A stretch of DNA of 57,297 nt, taken from an uncultured Clostridia bacterium (lineage in GTDB: Bacteria; Bacillota; Clostridia; TANB77; CAG-508). The position numbers were made by a program, and so were the translations under genes. Location: the NCBI GenBank assembly GCA_947594065.1, contig CANQDX010000005.1, positions 1-57,297 of the forward strand, written 5' to 3'. Below the pieces are notes generated by a model. The model was given only the letters and a program-made list of their open reading frames with translations. It was not told the DNA's origin and made no database searches. Positions 30,408 through 43,590 of the stretch are shown piece after piece; positions within the stretch are counted from its first letter, which is position 1; each line of letters begins with the position of its first letter.

Positions 30408-30765
30408 TTCGCTCCCGGTGATTTATTAAAATTTTCATCGCAACGCCCCAACTGCATAATAGTCTGTAGCGCAGAAACCTCACGCGAGAGTTCGTTTCTG
30501 CTAACAGCCTATAATTTGTCGGTCCCCACCCATAACTTGCTCGAAAATTTTAATTGAAATCACCTCGCGCTACTCTACTTATTTTAGAAAAATTAATACA
30601 ATGAAAATTTAAGTAAGACGCGAATGTAGAGTAAACAAGCTAGAATTTCTTAAACTTATTTTTGGAAAGGGTTCGATTAATCGGAAGGGTGCCAAAAATA
30701 AGTTTTAGAAATTGTGCGAAGTTTAGCTCGCCCCGAGCGTCGAACGCAAATTTTGCATTGTATTA
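30408..30765. repeat. Intergenic palindromic repeat, copy 2 (module A 30408-30573, module B 30594-30765)
   Basis: Module A differs from copy 1 by two substitutions and a 2-nt loop insertion. A partial extra start lies at 30363-30383. Confidence 0.85.
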
Positions 30766-30830
30766 CAATTTTTCAAAAAAGTTATATATAGCATTATAAT
30801 GGAAATTTTAATAAGTCACTCTTTTATTCT

Positions 30831-31553
30831 TTATAAAATTGGGGATTTTTGTGGTGTGCCAGGCTTTCTTGGATATTGCTTTGGAGTTTGTTTTATCTTT
30901 CTTATTACAATAATATTTCTTTCTAAATTTAATTCTGGTAGAATAAACTTATCAACTTTTTCAATCTTCCCACCTAATACTCGTATTGCATTTTCAGCTT
31001 CTTTTATTTCCTCTTCCGCATTATTACCCTTCATACAAATACACATCCCTCCTACTTTCACAGAAGGTAATGTTAATTCGGCTAAAACATTCAAACTAGC
31101 TACAGCTCTTGATACTGCAATATCATACTTTTCCCTATATTGCACATTTTTAAATGTTTCTTCTGCCCTTCCGTGTACTAGTTGAACTTTACTTAATTTT
31201 AGTTTTCCAACAATATCTTCTAAAACCATAAGTCTTTTATTTAGTGAATCAAACAAAACAACTTCATTATTTGGATTTACTATTTTAATTGGAATACCAG
31301 GAAATCCTGCTCCTGTCCCAATATCAATAATAGTCTTACTGTCCTCGATATAAGGCTTTATTGTAAGAGAATCAATAAAATGTTTTATAATAAATTCTCT
31401 TTCGTCTGTTATTGCAGTTAAATTAATTTTTTCATTCCATTCCAAAACTAAATCTTTATATTGATAAAATTGATTCAATTCTTCTTCATTTAAAAAAATA
31501 TTAATACTCTGTGCTCTTTCTTTTAATATTTCTTTAAAAAGTTTTTCTTCCAT
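30831..31553 (-). CDS. rsmG: 16S rRNA m7G527 methyltransferase
   Basis: WNEKINLTAI, KHFIDSL, DIGTGAGFPG and SRAVA motifs; start moved to ATG 31553. Confidence 0.96.
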   Translation of the reverse strand: MEEKLFKEILKERAQSINIFLNEEELNQFYQYKDLVLEWNEKINLTAITDEREFIIKHFIDSLTIKPYIEDSKTIIDIGTGAGFPGIPIKIVNPNNEVVLFDSLNKRLMVLEDIVGKLKLSKVQLVHGRAEETFKNVQYREKYDIAVSRAVASLNVLAELTLPSVKVGGMCICMKGNNAEEEIKEAENAIRVLGGKIEKVDKFILPELNLERNIIVIRKIKQTPKQYPRKPGTPQKSPIL

Positions 31554-31692
31554 TTTTCTCCCAGCCCTTTCTTTTCTATACATTTTAGGAAATGTTTCAC
31601 AAGAAAAGTGGCTATGCCAACTTTTCTTCTCACCGATTTGAGTTTCCAACTGAAAGGAGGAAATCTCAAAGGCAATAGCGATTGTAACATTT

Positions 31693-33570
31693 TTATTTTT
31701 TCCTCTTTTCTTGTTCCAAATAAATTAGTAAAACAGATATGTCAGATGGTGATATTCCCGAAATCCTTGATGCTTGCCCTATTGATGTTGGTTTTACTTT
31801 ATCTAATTTTTGTCTTGCTTCTAGGCTTAAACCATTTAATTCTGAATAATTAATATCTTCTCTTAATTTTTTTCTTTCTAATTTTTTGAATTTTTCTACT
31901 TGACTGTTTTGTAGTTTAATATAACCTTCATATTTTACTTGAATTTCTACTTCTTCTTTTTCTTGTTTTGTTAAAATTGGCCTTTCTTTATCAATTTCTG
32001 ATAGCATTTCATAATTTAGTTCTGTTCTCTTTAATAATTCAGCAATTTTAACACCTGTAGTTATTGTTGAAGATTCATTCTTTTGCAAAAATTTATTTAC
32101 CTTTTCAGATGGCTTTATAGTAGTGTTTTTTAACCTTTCTATTTCTTTTTCTATATTTTCTTTCTTTTGTTTAAACTTTTTATATCTTTCTTCTGATATT
32201 AAACCTATTTCATAACCCTTTTGAGTTAATCTTAAGTCTGCATTATCCTGTCTTAATAATAATCTGTATTCTGCTCTAGATGTCATCATTCTGTAAGGTT
32301 CCAGAGTTCCTTTTGTAACAATATCATCTATTAAAACACCAATATATGCTTCTGACCTATCTAATATAAGAGGTTCTTTTCCCTTTATTTTTTGTGTTGC
32401 ATTAATTCCTGCAATTAACCCCTGTGCTGCAGCTTCTTCATAGCCAGAAGTGCCGTTTGTTTGACCTGCAAAAAACATACCTTCTATGCCTTTTAGTTCA
32501 AGAGAAAGTTTTAATTCTGATGGATCAATACAATCATATTCTATGGCATAAGCAGGTCTTGTAAATTCAGCGTGTTCAAGTCCTGGTATTGTTCTATACA
32601 TTGCAATTTGAACATCTTCTGGCAAAGAAGAACTCATTCCTTGTATATACATTTCTTCTGTGTCTTTTCCTACTGGTTCAACGAATACCTGATGTCTTGG
32701 CTTATCACTAAATCTAACTACTTTATCTTCAATAGATGGGCAATATCTTGGTCCTGTCCCCTCTATATTTCCAGAATATAATGGTGAGCGATGCAAATTT
32801 TCTCGAATAATACGGTGTGTTTCTTCCGTTGTATAAGTCAAATAACAAGGAACTTGCTCTTGTTTTATTGCCTCATCTTCAAAAGAAAACATTTCAATTT
32901 CCTTATCCCCCTCTTGTATTTCCATTTTTGAAAAATCAATTGATTTTTTATTAATTCTCGCAGGTGTTCCTGTTTTAAATCTTAATAACGTTATTCCTAA
33001 TTTCTTTAAGCATTCAGATAGCTTATTTGCCGCAGATACACCATCTGGGCCACTTTCATAAGAAACATCACCTATAAAAATTTTTCCTTTCAAATATGTT
33101 CCTGTCGCTATAATAACACATTTTACTTTATATGTAGCTCCTATACTGGTTGTTATGCTTTCAACCTTTCCATCTTTAACTCCTATATCAACTATTTCGG
33201 CTTGTTTAACATATAAATTTTCTTGCATTTCAAGTGTATGCTTCATTTCTATATGATAGCGTTTTCTATCTGCCTGTGCTCTTAAAGAGTAAACGGCTGG
33301 TCCTTTTGACGTATTTAACATTCTAAGTTGAATAAATGTTTTATCTATTGTTTTTCCCATTTGTCCACCTAATGCATCTATTTCCCTCACTAAATGGCCT
33401 TTTGATGACCCACCAATATGAGGATTACAAGGCATATTTGCTATGGCCTCTAAACTAATAGAAAACAATAGTGTTTTCATTCCCATTCTGCTACACGCAA
33501 GTGCTGCTTCACAACCAGCGTGTCCTGCTCCTATAACTGCTATATCATATTCTCCTGCAAAATAATTCAT
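31693..33570 (-). CDS. mnmG: tRNA uridine 5-carboxymethylaminomethyl modification enzyme
   Basis: [21 protein letters not shown] and [12 protein letters not shown] motifs. Confidence 0.97.
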   Translation of the reverse strand: MNYFAGEYDIAVIGAGHAGCEAALACSRMGMKTLLFSISLEAIANMPCNPHIGGSSKGHLVREIDALGGQMGKTIDKTFIQLRMLNTSKGPAVYSLRAQADRKRYHIEMKHTLEMQENLYVKQAEIVDIGVKDGKVESITTSIGATYKVKCVIIATGTYLKGKIFIGDVSYESGPDGVSAANKLSECLKKLGITLLRFKTGTPARINKKSIDFSKMEIQEGDKEIEMFSFEDEAIKQEQVPCYLTYTTEETHRIIRENLHRSPLYSGNIEGTGPRYCPSIEDKVVRFSDKPRHQVFVEPVGKDTEEMYIQGMSSSLPEDVQIAMYRTIPGLEHAEFTRPAYAIEYDCIDPSELKLSLELKGIEGMFFAGQTNGTSGYEEAAAQGLIAGINATQKIKGKEPLILDRSEAYIGVLIDDIVTKGTLEPYRMMTSRAEYRLLLRQDNADLRLTQKGYEIGLISEERYKKFKQKKENIEKEIERLKNTTIKPSEKVNKFLQKNESSTITTGVKIAELLKRTELNYEMLSEIDKERPILTKQEKEEVEIQVKYEGYIKLQNSQVEKFKKLERKKLREDINYSELNGLSLEARQKLDKVKPTSIGQASRISGISPSDISVLLIYLEQEKRKK

Positions 33571-33595
33571 TTTTATCCTCTCTTCCATTTATTTA

Positions 33596-34957
33596 CTACT
33601 TTCCTAAGCAGAATTTTGAAAAAATATCATTTATAATATCTTCTGTTACATCTTCTCCTGTTATTTTGTTCATTTCTTGAATAGCTTCCTTTAAATAAAT
33701 AGCTGTTATATCTACTGGCATTTTATCTTTTATTGCTTGAACAGCACCTAAAATGCTCTCTTTTGCCTTTTTGATTAATTCTTTATGCCTTATATTTGTA
33801 ATAATAGATGAATTTTCAGATTTAATCTCTTTTACGTCAAATAATTCAACCATTTTGTTATATAATTCTTCTAACCCTTCATCAGAAATAATAGACGTTT
33901 CTATCACTGGCTTATTATATTTTTCTATTACTTCTCTTTCCAAATTATTTTCTTTTAAATCGTTTTTATTTAATAAAATAATTGCATTTTTTTCTTTCAA
34001 GGATTCTAATATTTCAAAATCTTCTTCACTAAGCTTTTTCGTTTTATCAAAGATTGCAATAATTAAATCTGAATCATCCAGCGCTTTTTTACTTTTATGG
34101 ATTCCTATTTTTTCAATTTCATTATCAGCCTTTCTAATTCCCGCTGTATCTATTAATTTAAAAAGAATTCCCTTTATATTTACAAATTCTTCAATTGTGT
34201 CTCTTGTTGTACCTTCTATATCCGTAACAATTGCTCTTTCTTCCTTTAAAATTTTATTCAATAAAGATGATTTTCCTGCATTTGGCTTTCCAACAATAGC
34301 TACATTTATTCCGTCTCTAAGAATTTTTCCTTTTTCAAAAGAATCTTCAAGTTCTTGTAATTTATTACATATTATATTTGCTTGCTCTAATATTTGGGTG
34401 TTTGTTTTCTCCTCTATATCGTATTCTGGGTAATCTATTGAAGCATCTACATCAGATAAAATATCTAAAATGTCCACCTTTATCTCTTTTATTTTTTTAG
34501 ATAAAAAGCCTTCTAATCCTTTTACTGCAGCCTTTCTTTCTAATTCACTTTTAGAACTAATAACATCCATTACAGCTTCTGCTTGCATTAAATCAATTCT
34601 TCCGCTTAAAAATGCCCTTTTTGTAAATTCCCCTGGTTCTGCAAGATTCGCGCCATTTTTTAAGCATAACTCTAATATTTTCTTTAACACTATATTGTTA
34701 CCGTGAGAATTTATTTCACACATATTCTCGCCTGTATAACTTTTAGGCGCGACAAAAAAAGATACTAAAACTTCGTCTATAATCTCGTTTTTTTCATCTA
34801 CAATTTTACCATATTTTATTGTATAGCCTTTTATTGGCGTGTTTTTTGTTGGAACAAATACTTTTTTAATAATGTCAAAACTTTCTTCCCCACTCATTCT
34901 AACAATTCCTATTCCTGCATTTCCTGGTGCTGTTGATATTGCAACAATTGTACTCAT
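33596..34957 (-). CDS. mnmE: tRNA modification GTPase
   Basis: GKPNAGKSS, GTTRD, DTAG and C-terminal FCLGK motifs. Confidence 0.97.
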   Translation of the reverse strand: MSTIVAISTAPGNAGIGIVRMSGEESFDIIKKVFVPTKNTPIKGYTIKYGKIVDEKNEIIDEVLVSFFVAPKSYTGENMCEINSHGNNIVLKKILELCLKNGANLAEPGEFTKRAFLSGRIDLMQAEAVMDVISSKSELERKAAVKGLEGFLSKKIKEIKVDILDILSDVDASIDYPEYDIEEKTNTQILEQANIICNKLQELEDSFEKGKILRDGINVAIVGKPNAGKSSLLNKILKEERAIVTDIEGTTRDTIEEFVNIKGILFKLIDTAGIRKADNEIEKIGIHKSKKALDDSDLIIAIFDKTKKLSEEDFEILESLKEKNAIILLNKNDLKENNLEREVIEKYNKPVIETSIISDEGLEELYNKMVELFDVKEIKSENSSIITNIRHKELIKKAKESILGAVQAIKDKMPVDITAIYLKEAIQEMNKITGEDVTEDIINDIFSKFCLGK

Positions 34958-35059
34958 TTTTTTCCTACTTTCTATTATTTTTAATAATAAAAAAGGTCAA
35001 AACTCCTACATTATTATAAATAAATCTATAATAAAAATCGGACCTTTGACCTCTGATTT

Positions 35060-35758
35060 TTAATTTCTTTTTGGTTCTACAATTACTTTCCTATATGGCT
35101 CTTCGCCAACACTTTCAGTTGTTACTTTTTTATTGTTTTGTAATCTTGAGTGAATAATTTTTCTTTCATACGCTGGCATTGGTTCTAATGTTACCTTTTT
35201 GCCTGTCTTAATAACTGTTTTTGAAATTTTATCTGCTAATTCTTCTAAAACTTTCTTTCTTTTATCTTTATACCCTGAAATATCTAAAATAACTCTTACT
35301 TTATCTTCAACTTCCTTGTTTGCAATAGAAGATAAAAGTGTTTGTAATGCATTTAAGCACTCTCCCCTATAGCCAATTAATGCGTTTGTTTTTTCTCCTA
35401 AAATTTCTACGTTTATATAATACTCATCATTTGAAACATTAAATTTTAAATCATCACTAGAAAATTTCTTTAAAAATTCTGTTAAAAATTTAGAAATATT
35501 TTCTTTTGCTTTTTCTATGGATTCTCTGTCCATTGCTTTCTTTTCTTTTATTTCTCTTGTTTCGGGCATTTCTCTATTTTTTTTAATTATTTCTACCTTA
35601 ACAACTCTTGGATCTAATATACTAAAAAAGCTTCTTTTTTCTTCATTTTTTAATACTTTTATTTCTACATCTTCTCTTCTTACTTTTAATTCTGCTAATC
35701 CTTTGGAAATTGCATCATTTGTTGTTTTTCCTTCGAAAACATATTTATTTTCTTCCAC
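35060..35758 (-). CDS. jag: RNA-binding protein Jag/KhpB/EloR
   Basis: Jag_N, KH (LIGYRG) and R3H (ERKIIH) domains; canonical position. Confidence 0.93.
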   Translation of the reverse strand: MEENKYVFEGKTTNDAISKGLAELKVRREDVEIKVLKNEEKRSFFSILDPRVVKVEIIKKNREMPETREIKEKKAMDRESIEKAKENISKFLTEFLKKFSSDDLKFNVSNDEYYINVEILGEKTNALIGYRGECLNALQTLLSSIANKEVEDKVRVILDISGYKDKRKKVLEELADKISKTVIKTGKKVTLEPMPAYERKIIHSRLQNNKKVTTESVGEEPYRKVIVEPKRN

Positions 35759-35759
35759 T

Positions 35760-36587
35760 TTAAGCCTCTTCCTCCTTCTTAAAGATTCTATCTAAAAATA
35801 GTCTTTCAATAATCATCAAAATATTACTCATTAACCAATATAATGCTAAACCTAATGGTGCTACTAAAGATATTGAAAACGCCATAATTGGCATCATATA
35901 AGACATAGATTTATTTGTACTTTGTAACATATCCATTTCTGTCTCTTCTTTATTTTCAGTTTGTATTTCTTCTTTAGATGCTTTCTTTGTTTGTAAATTC
36001 ATCGTTAATCTTACAGAAATTATAGATGATATTACATATAACAAAGGAATAATTAATGTTTTAAAATCTTTCAAATTAGCACTTGGAACACTACTTAAAT
36101 CTAGTCCTAAAAAGTTCATATTTAATGATATTGCTTCATCACTACTTCCAAATTCCTTTATTATTTGAACTTCTGGATAATTTGTCCTTTGTTCTAATTT
36201 ACTTGTATAATCATTAATTACATTTGTATCAACTTTTTTCATAAATGTAAGCGGACTTCTAACTAAATAAAAAACTGCTAAAATAAGAATTAGTTGTACA
36301 ATAGAGCTTAAACACCCGCTAAAAGGACTCATATTTTCTCTCTTGTACAAATCCATCATTTCTTTATTTAATTTTTCTGGATCATTTTTATACTTAAATT
36401 GCAATGACTTCAATTCTGTCTGCATTTTTTCTGTTTTTTTCATTGTTTTTTGTTGTTTAATTGTAAGTGGTAATAATAATATTTTTATTATTATTGAAAA
36501 AATAATAATTGCTAATCCATAATTATTTAATAAATTATATAAAAAATTTAATAAATAACCAAATATATTTGCAATGAAATTAAGCAT
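35760..36587 (-). CDS. yidC: Membrane protein insertase YidC
   Basis: NYGLAII, LLLPL, PFSGCL and GLALYW motifs. Confidence 0.95.
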   Translation of the reverse strand: MLNFIANIFGYLLNFLYNLLNNYGLAIIIFSIIIKILLLPLTIKQQKTMKKTEKMQTELKSLQFKYKNDPEKLNKEMMDLYKRENMSPFSGCLSSIVQLILILAVFYLVRSPLTFMKKVDTNVINDYTSKLEQRTNYPEVQIIKEFGSSDEAISLNMNFLGLDLSSVPSANLKDFKTLIIPLLYVISSIISVRLTMNLQTKKASKEEIQTENKEETEMDMLQSTNKSMSYMMPIMAFSISLVAPLGLALYWLMSNILMIIERLFLDRIFKKEEEA

Positions 36588-36602
36588 CTTTCTTCCTCCC
36601 TA

Positions 36603-36821
36603 TTATTTTAAAGGATCATATCCTCCTTTTGAAAAAGGATTACATCTTATAATTCTTTTAATTGATAAATATGTTCCTTTAAAAAAGCCGTATTTTTCTA
36701 TTGCTTGTATAGAATAGTCTGAACAAGTTGGATAAAACTTGCATTTTACCCCATTTTTCTCAAAAAAAATAGATATGTGTCTTTTATAAAATTTTATAAT
36801 TTTAATCATTATCTTTTTCAT
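36603..36821 (-). CDS. yidD: Membrane protein insertion efficiency factor
   Basis: CKFYPTCSDY and RIIRCNPFSKGGYDP motifs. Confidence 0.95.
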   Translation of the reverse strand: MKKIMIKIIKFYKRHISIFFEKNGVKCKFYPTCSDYSIQAIEKYGFFKGTYLSIKRIIRCNPFSKGGYDPLK

Positions 36822-37161
36822 TTATATAAATACCTATTTTCTTAAATATCATCATCATATCATCTTTAACATTTTGAAATGTACATTCAGCTATGTCTTT
36901 TTTCTTTTTCCATAAAAAAACAAAAGTAGTTCCCTGCTGTATGCTGTTTTCTAGCCTTTGGTATGCTTCTCTTATGATTCTTTTTATTCTATTTCTTTTC
37001 ACAGCATTACATAATTTAGAACTAATTGCAATACCTATATAATTAATGTTTTTATTATTTTTTAAATAAAAACAATCTAAAAAATTGCCACCCACAAATT
37101 TTCCTCTTTTAAAAGCATTTTGAAACTCAAAATTCTTTTTCAGTTTTATTGTTCTTTTCAT
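36802..37161 (-). CDS. rnpA: Ribonuclease P protein component
   Basis: LKKNFEF and AVKRNRIKRIIRE (RNR motif). Confidence 0.95.
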   Translation of the reverse strand: MKRTIKLKKNFEFQNAFKRGKFVGGNFLDCFYLKNNKNINYIGIAISSKLCNAVKRNRIKRIIREAYQRLENSIQQGTTFVFLWKKKKDIAECTFQNVKDDMMMIFKKIGIYINEKDND

Positions 37162-37242
37162 TCTTTATTTATACCTCTGTTTTATCTGTGTAGGAATTTT
37201 CTTTTTTAAAAAGGACCACTTATTGTCTTGCGGTCCTTTTTC

Positions 37243-37377
37243 TTATGCTGTTAATTTTTTTCTTCCTTTTGCGCGTCTTGCTTTTAATACATTTCTGCCT
37301 GCTCTTGTTTCCATTCTTTTAAAGAATCCGTGTTCTTTGCTATTTTGTCTTTTTTTTGGTTGAAATGTTCTTTTCAT
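37243..37377 (-). CDS. rpmH: 50S ribosomal protein L34
   Basis: Own translation: [53 protein letters not shown]. Confidence 0.97.
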   Translation of the reverse strand: MKRTFQPKKRQNSKEHGFFKRMETRAGRNVLKARRAKGRKKLTA

Positions 37378-37517
37378 TGTATCTCCCTCCATTATTTTTA
37401 TCAAAACCCTATTCTTGGGTATTTTTTTATTTCAACAAGTATTTTTTATTATACAATAATTAGCATTATCTGTCAAGTCTTTTCTTTCAACTTACGGAAA
37501 TAAAGCAATAAAAAAAA

Positions 37518-37649
37518 TTATCCACACTTTTTTTATTTTTTTCCACATTTTTATTGACTTTTTTTTACTATTTTTGATATGATATAACACACATAAAAAA
37601 TATGATTTTTTTCGCTGTTATCCACTTTTAGTGGATAAATTGTGGATAA
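37518..37649. promoter_or_regulatory. oriC part 1: DnaA-box cluster and dnaA promoter
   Basis: TTATCCACA 37518, TTTTCCACA 37539, TTATCCACT 37618, AGTGGATAA 37630, TGTGGATAA 37641. Confidence 0.92.
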
Positions 37650-37668
37650 CTAAAAAAGGAGACAAGCA

Positions 37669-38988
37669 ATGAAAAGAGAAGATTTGGAGCTTTTAAACAA
37701 CGCAAAAGAACTATTAAAAGAAGAAGTAAGTAGTATTTCATTTACAACTTGGATTAATCCTTTAGAATTAAAAGAAATAACTGATGATAAAATTGTTTTA
37801 CTTGTCACATCTCAATTTCAAAAAGATGTTATAGAAAAAAAATATATTGATTTAATTTCAAATACTATTCAATATTTAACCAATAAAAATTATATTATTG
37901 AAACCTATTGTGCAGATAGTGCAGAAGATTTAGAAAATATTCCTTCTAAACAAAAAGCAAATTCTTTTGGTTTAAATCCAAAATATACCTTTGATACTTA
38001 TGTTGTAGGAAATAATAATCGTTTTGCACAAGCTGCTGCCCTTGCTGTTGCAGAAGCACCTGCAACATCTTATAATCCTCTTTTCTTATATGGTGGTGTT
38101 GGTTTGGGAAAAACTCACTTAATGCACGCTATAGGAAATGAAATTATAAAAAGATTTTCAAATAAAAAAATTATATATGTAACTTCTGAACAATTTACAA
38201 ATGAATTTATTAATTGTATAAAAGACAACAAAACAGAGCAATTTAGAAATAAATATAGAAATATCGATGTTCTTTTAATTGACGATATTCAATTTATCGC
38301 TGGAAAAGAAAGGGTACAAGAAGAATTTTTCCATACATTTAATACTCTTCACGATAATGGATGTCAAATCATTCTTTCTAGTGATAAACCACCAAAAGAT
38401 ATTGATAACCTAGAAGATAGATTAAAATCAAGATTTGAATGGGGATTACTTGCAGACATTTCTAACGCAGATTATGAAACACGTTTAGCAATATTACGAA
38501 AAAAGGTACAATTAGAAAATATTGTAATTGATGATAATATTTTATCTAATATTGCTATAAAAGTAGATTCTAATATTAGAGAATTAGAAGGAACATTAAC
38601 AAAAATATTAGCAAATGCCTCTTTAACACATAGTCCAATTTCAATAGAATTTGCTGAAAAATGTATTGATGAAGTTATTTCTAAAAAAGAAAAGGTTATT
38701 TCTGCAGAATATATTCAAGATGTTGTTTCAAAATATTTTAATATTCCTCAAAAAGATATTAAAAGCTCAAAAAGATCAAATGAAATTGCTTATCCAAGAC
38801 AAATTGCTATGTATTTATGTAGAGATATTGCAAATATGCCATATACAAAAATAGGAGAAAGCTTTGGAAAAAGAGATCATACCACAGTAATGCACGCTTG
38901 TTCTAAAATAGAAACAGAAATAAAAAATAAAGAAAATACAAAAACAATTGTGGATAGTGTTAAAAACATCATATTAAAAAATGAATGA
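37669..38988 (+). CDS. dnaA: Chromosomal replication initiator DnaA
   Basis: LNPKYTFD, GGVGLGKTHL, LLIDDIQF and GKRDHTTVMHA motifs. Confidence 0.98.
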   Translation: MKREDLELLNNAKELLKEEVSSISFTTWINPLELKEITDDKIVLLVTSQFQKDVIEKKYIDLISNTIQYLTNKNYIIETYCADSAEDLENIPSKQKANSFGLNPKYTFDTYVVGNNNRFAQAAALAVAEAPATSYNPLFLYGGVGLGKTHLMHAIGNEIIKRFSNKKIIYVTSEQFTNEFINCIKDNKTEQFRNKYRNIDVLLIDDIQFIAGKERVQEEFFHTFNTLHDNGCQIILSSDKPPKDIDNLEDRLKSRFEWGLLADISNADYETRLAILRKKVQLENIVIDDNILSNIAIKVDSNIRELEGTLTKILANASLTHSPISIEFAEKCIDEVISKKEKVISAEYIQDVVSKYFNIPQKDIKSSKRSNEIAYPRQIAMYLCRDIANMPYTKIGESFGKRDHTTVMHACSKIETEIKNKENTKTIVDSVKNIILKNE

Positions 38989-39290
38989 TTTATATATATA
39001 ATAAAAAAATGATTTTTTAAAAAAATTGTTTGCCGAAAAATACGTTTGAAAAAAATTTTTCTTTTCTTCTTACGGAAGAGATAGATTAGATATACACATT
39101 GCTTTGTGAATTTAATGTTAATTTTTTGTTAATAACCATAATTTACACAAAAGAAAATTTTATATGTGAATTATATTCCAACTTTTTCACATAATTATAA
39201 ACACAAATTTTATTAGGGAAATAGAGCAAAAAAGAAATTTTACACATTTTCCACTGTACCTAATACGAATAATACTAAAATATTATTTTA
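38989..39290. promoter_or_regulatory. oriC part 2: degenerate DnaA boxes, DnaA-trio-like run and unwinding region
   Basis: Several relaxed boxes (ATTTACACA, TTTTACACA, TTTTCCACT at 39247) followed by TAA-TAC-GAA-TAA-TAC-TAA (39261-39278) and an AT-rich tract, as in Firmicute dnaA-dnaN origins. Confidence 0.75.
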
Positions 39291-39312
39291 TAATAAAGGA
39301 GATGTTTCATCT

Positions 39313-40428
39313 ATGAAAATTATTTGCGAAAGGGAAAAGTTGCTAAAAGCAATTAATTCCGTAGTTAAAGGAGTAGCTTCTAAAACAACAATGCCTATTT
39401 TAGAAGGAATACTTATTCAAACAAATGATAATGAAATAAAATTAACAACTTATGATTTGGAAATAGGAATAGAATATATTATAGAAAGTACTGTAGAAGA
39501 ACAGGGAAGTACAGTTGTTAATGCAGTTATGTTCAGTGAAATTATTAGAAAATTACCAGATACAGAAATTAGCATTACATTAAATGATAATAATTTATTA
39601 GAAATTGAATGTGAAGGATCATTATATAAACTTGCAACAATGAATCCAGAGGAATTTCCAGAGCTTCCTAAAATTAATATAGAAAATTCTGTAGAAATGG
39701 ATCAAAAAATATTAAAAAGTATGATAAGAAAAACAATTTTTGCAGTTAGTATGGAAGAAAATAGACCTGTATTTACAGGATGTTTATTTGAAATTTTAGA
39801 CAATAAAATAAATGTTGTTGCTGTTGACGGATTTAGATTGGCGTGGGCAAGCAATTATTTAGAAAAAAATAACAATGATTTTAAAGCAGTTATTCCGGGA
39901 AAAACATTAAATGAGGTAAATAAAATTATTACAGATTCTTTTGAAAAAATAAAAATTGGTGTTTCTAAAAATCAGGCATTATTCCAAATGGAAAACTGTA
40001 AAATTGTTACAAGATTATTAGATGGAGAATTTTTAAATTATTATAGTGTCATTCCAAGAAATTGGGAAACAAGAATAAGAGTAAATAGAAAAGATTTACA
40101 AGAGTGTTTTGAAAGAATTAGTCTTATTTCTGCATCTGTTGCAGAAAAAGAAAAGAAATATCCTGTAAAAGTAAAAATAGACGTTGGAAAAATAACAATT
40201 TTATGTACAAATCAAACAGGTGATGCAAAAGAAGAAATTTATTTAGAAACACAAGGAAAAGAATTAGAAGCAGGATTTAATCCAAAATATTTTTTAGATG
40301 CATTAAAAGTAATAGATGATGAAGAAATATATATTGATTTTGGAACAAGCGTATCTCCTTCTGTAATAAGACCAATTGAAAATGAAGATTATACTTATAT
40401 GATTTTACCAATTAGAATGAAGGATTAA
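39313..40428 (+). CDS. dnaN: DNA polymerase III beta clamp
   Basis: TMPILEGILI, VAVDGFRLA, GFNPKYFLDAL and YMILPIR motifs. Confidence 0.97.
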   Translation: MKIICEREKLLKAINSVVKGVASKTTMPILEGILIQTNDNEIKLTTYDLEIGIEYIIESTVEEQGSTVVNAVMFSEIIRKLPDTEISITLNDNNLLEIECEGSLYKLATMNPEEFPELPKINIENSVEMDQKILKSMIRKTIFAVSMEENRPVFTGCLFEILDNKINVVAVDGFRLAWASNYLEKNNNDFKAVIPGKTLNEVNKIITDSFEKIKIGVSKNQALFQMENCKIVTRLLDGEFLNYYSVIPRNWETRIRVNRKDLQECFERISLISASVAEKEKKYPVKVKIDVGKITILCTNQTGDAKEEIYLETQGKELEAGFNPKYFLDALKVIDDEEIYIDFGTSVSPSVIRPIENEDYTYMILPIRMKD

Positions 40429-40429
40429 T

Positions 40430-41506
40430 ATGTATATTAATAAAATCAAATTAAAGAATTTTAGAAATTATAAAGAACAAGAAATAGAATTAACCAGTGG
40501 AATTAATCTATTTTTCGGAAATAATGCACAAGGAAAAACAAATATTATAGAAAGTATTTTTCTATGCAGTATGGGAAAATCTTTTAGAGCAAGAAGAGAA
40601 AAGGAACTAATTCTTTTTAATGAAAAAGAGTCACAAGTTGAAATACAATATCAAAGAAAAGATAGAACAGGAAATATTGAATATTATATTGGAGAAAAAA
40701 AAGAAATAAAAATAAATGGAGTAAAAATAAACAAAATGAGTGAATTACTAGGAAAAATAAATATTGTTCTTTTTTCTCCAGAAGATATTAATATTATAAA
40801 AGATGGACCATCAAATAGAAGAAGATTTTTAAATATGTTAATAAGTCAAGTAAGACCAAATTATATTTATACATATAATTTATATTTAAAAACATTAGAA
40901 CAAAGAAATAGCTATTTAAAAAATATTACAATAGAAAATAAAAATGATGCATTGTTAGATATTTATGATGAAAAATTAGCAGATAGTGCAGTAATAATTC
41001 ATAAATATAGAGAAGAATTTATTAATAAAATAAAAGAAAAAATAGGGAAAATTCATAGTGAAGTAACAAAAGAAAAAGAAACAATAAAACTTGCATATAT
41101 TTCTGATTGTTCAGAAAAAGAAAAATATAAAACAATATTAAAAGAAAATAGGGAACAAGATATTGTAAGAGGCTACACATCTTGTGGTATACATAGAGAT
41201 GATATTTATTTTTTTATAAATGGAAAAAAAATAGATATCTATGGGTCTCAGGGGCAACAAAGGACAAGCATTTTATCTTTGAAACTTTCAGAACTAGAAG
41301 TAATTAAAGATGAGATAGGAGAATATCCAATTCTTTTATTAGATGATTTTATGTCTGAATTAGATAGCCAAAGAAGAAAAAATTTATTAAAATACATTAA
41401 TAACACACAAATTATTATTACTTGTACAGATGATATTAATATTGAAAATGTTGAAATAGATAAATTTGAAATAAAAGAAGGAAAAGTTTTTAAAATAACT
41501 GCTTGA
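40430..41506 (+). CDS. recF: DNA replication and repair protein RecF
   Basis: GNNAQGKTN, GIHRDD, GSQGQQRT and LLLDD motifs. Confidence 0.97.
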   Translation: MYINKIKLKNFRNYKEQEIELTSGINLFFGNNAQGKTNIIESIFLCSMGKSFRARREKELILFNEKESQVEIQYQRKDRTGNIEYYIGEKKEIKINGVKINKMSELLGKINIVLFSPEDINIIKDGPSNRRRFLNMLISQVRPNYIYTYNLYLKTLEQRNSYLKNITIENKNDALLDIYDEKLADSAVIIHKYREEFINKIKEKIGKIHSEVTKEKETIKLAYISDCSEKEKYKTILKENREQDIVRGYTSCGIHRDDIYFFINGKKIDIYGSQGQQRTSILSLKLSELEVIKDEIGEYPILLLDDFMSELDSQRRKNLLKYINNTQIIITCTDDINIENVEIDKFEIKEGKVFKITA

Positions 41507-41578
41507 TTTTTTTTATAAAATAAAGGTATAATAAGGATGAAACAAAGGGAAAAAGATATTAAAGAAAATATATAATAA

Positions 41579-43543
<1,965 letters not shown>

Positions 43544-43551
43544 AAATAAAA

Positions 43552-43590
43552 ATAAGAAAAAGCGAAGATTCAATCTTCGCCTTTTCTTAT
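43552..43590. terminator. Bidirectional intrinsic terminator after gyrB
   Basis: ATAAGAAAAAGCGAAGATT-C-AATCTTCGCCTTTTCTTAT. Confidence 0.85.

Noticed and set aside
31554..31649. N-terminal extension of RsmG in the ORF track
   Set aside because: It runs through an intergenic hairpin; ATG 31553 gives the normal ~240-aa length.
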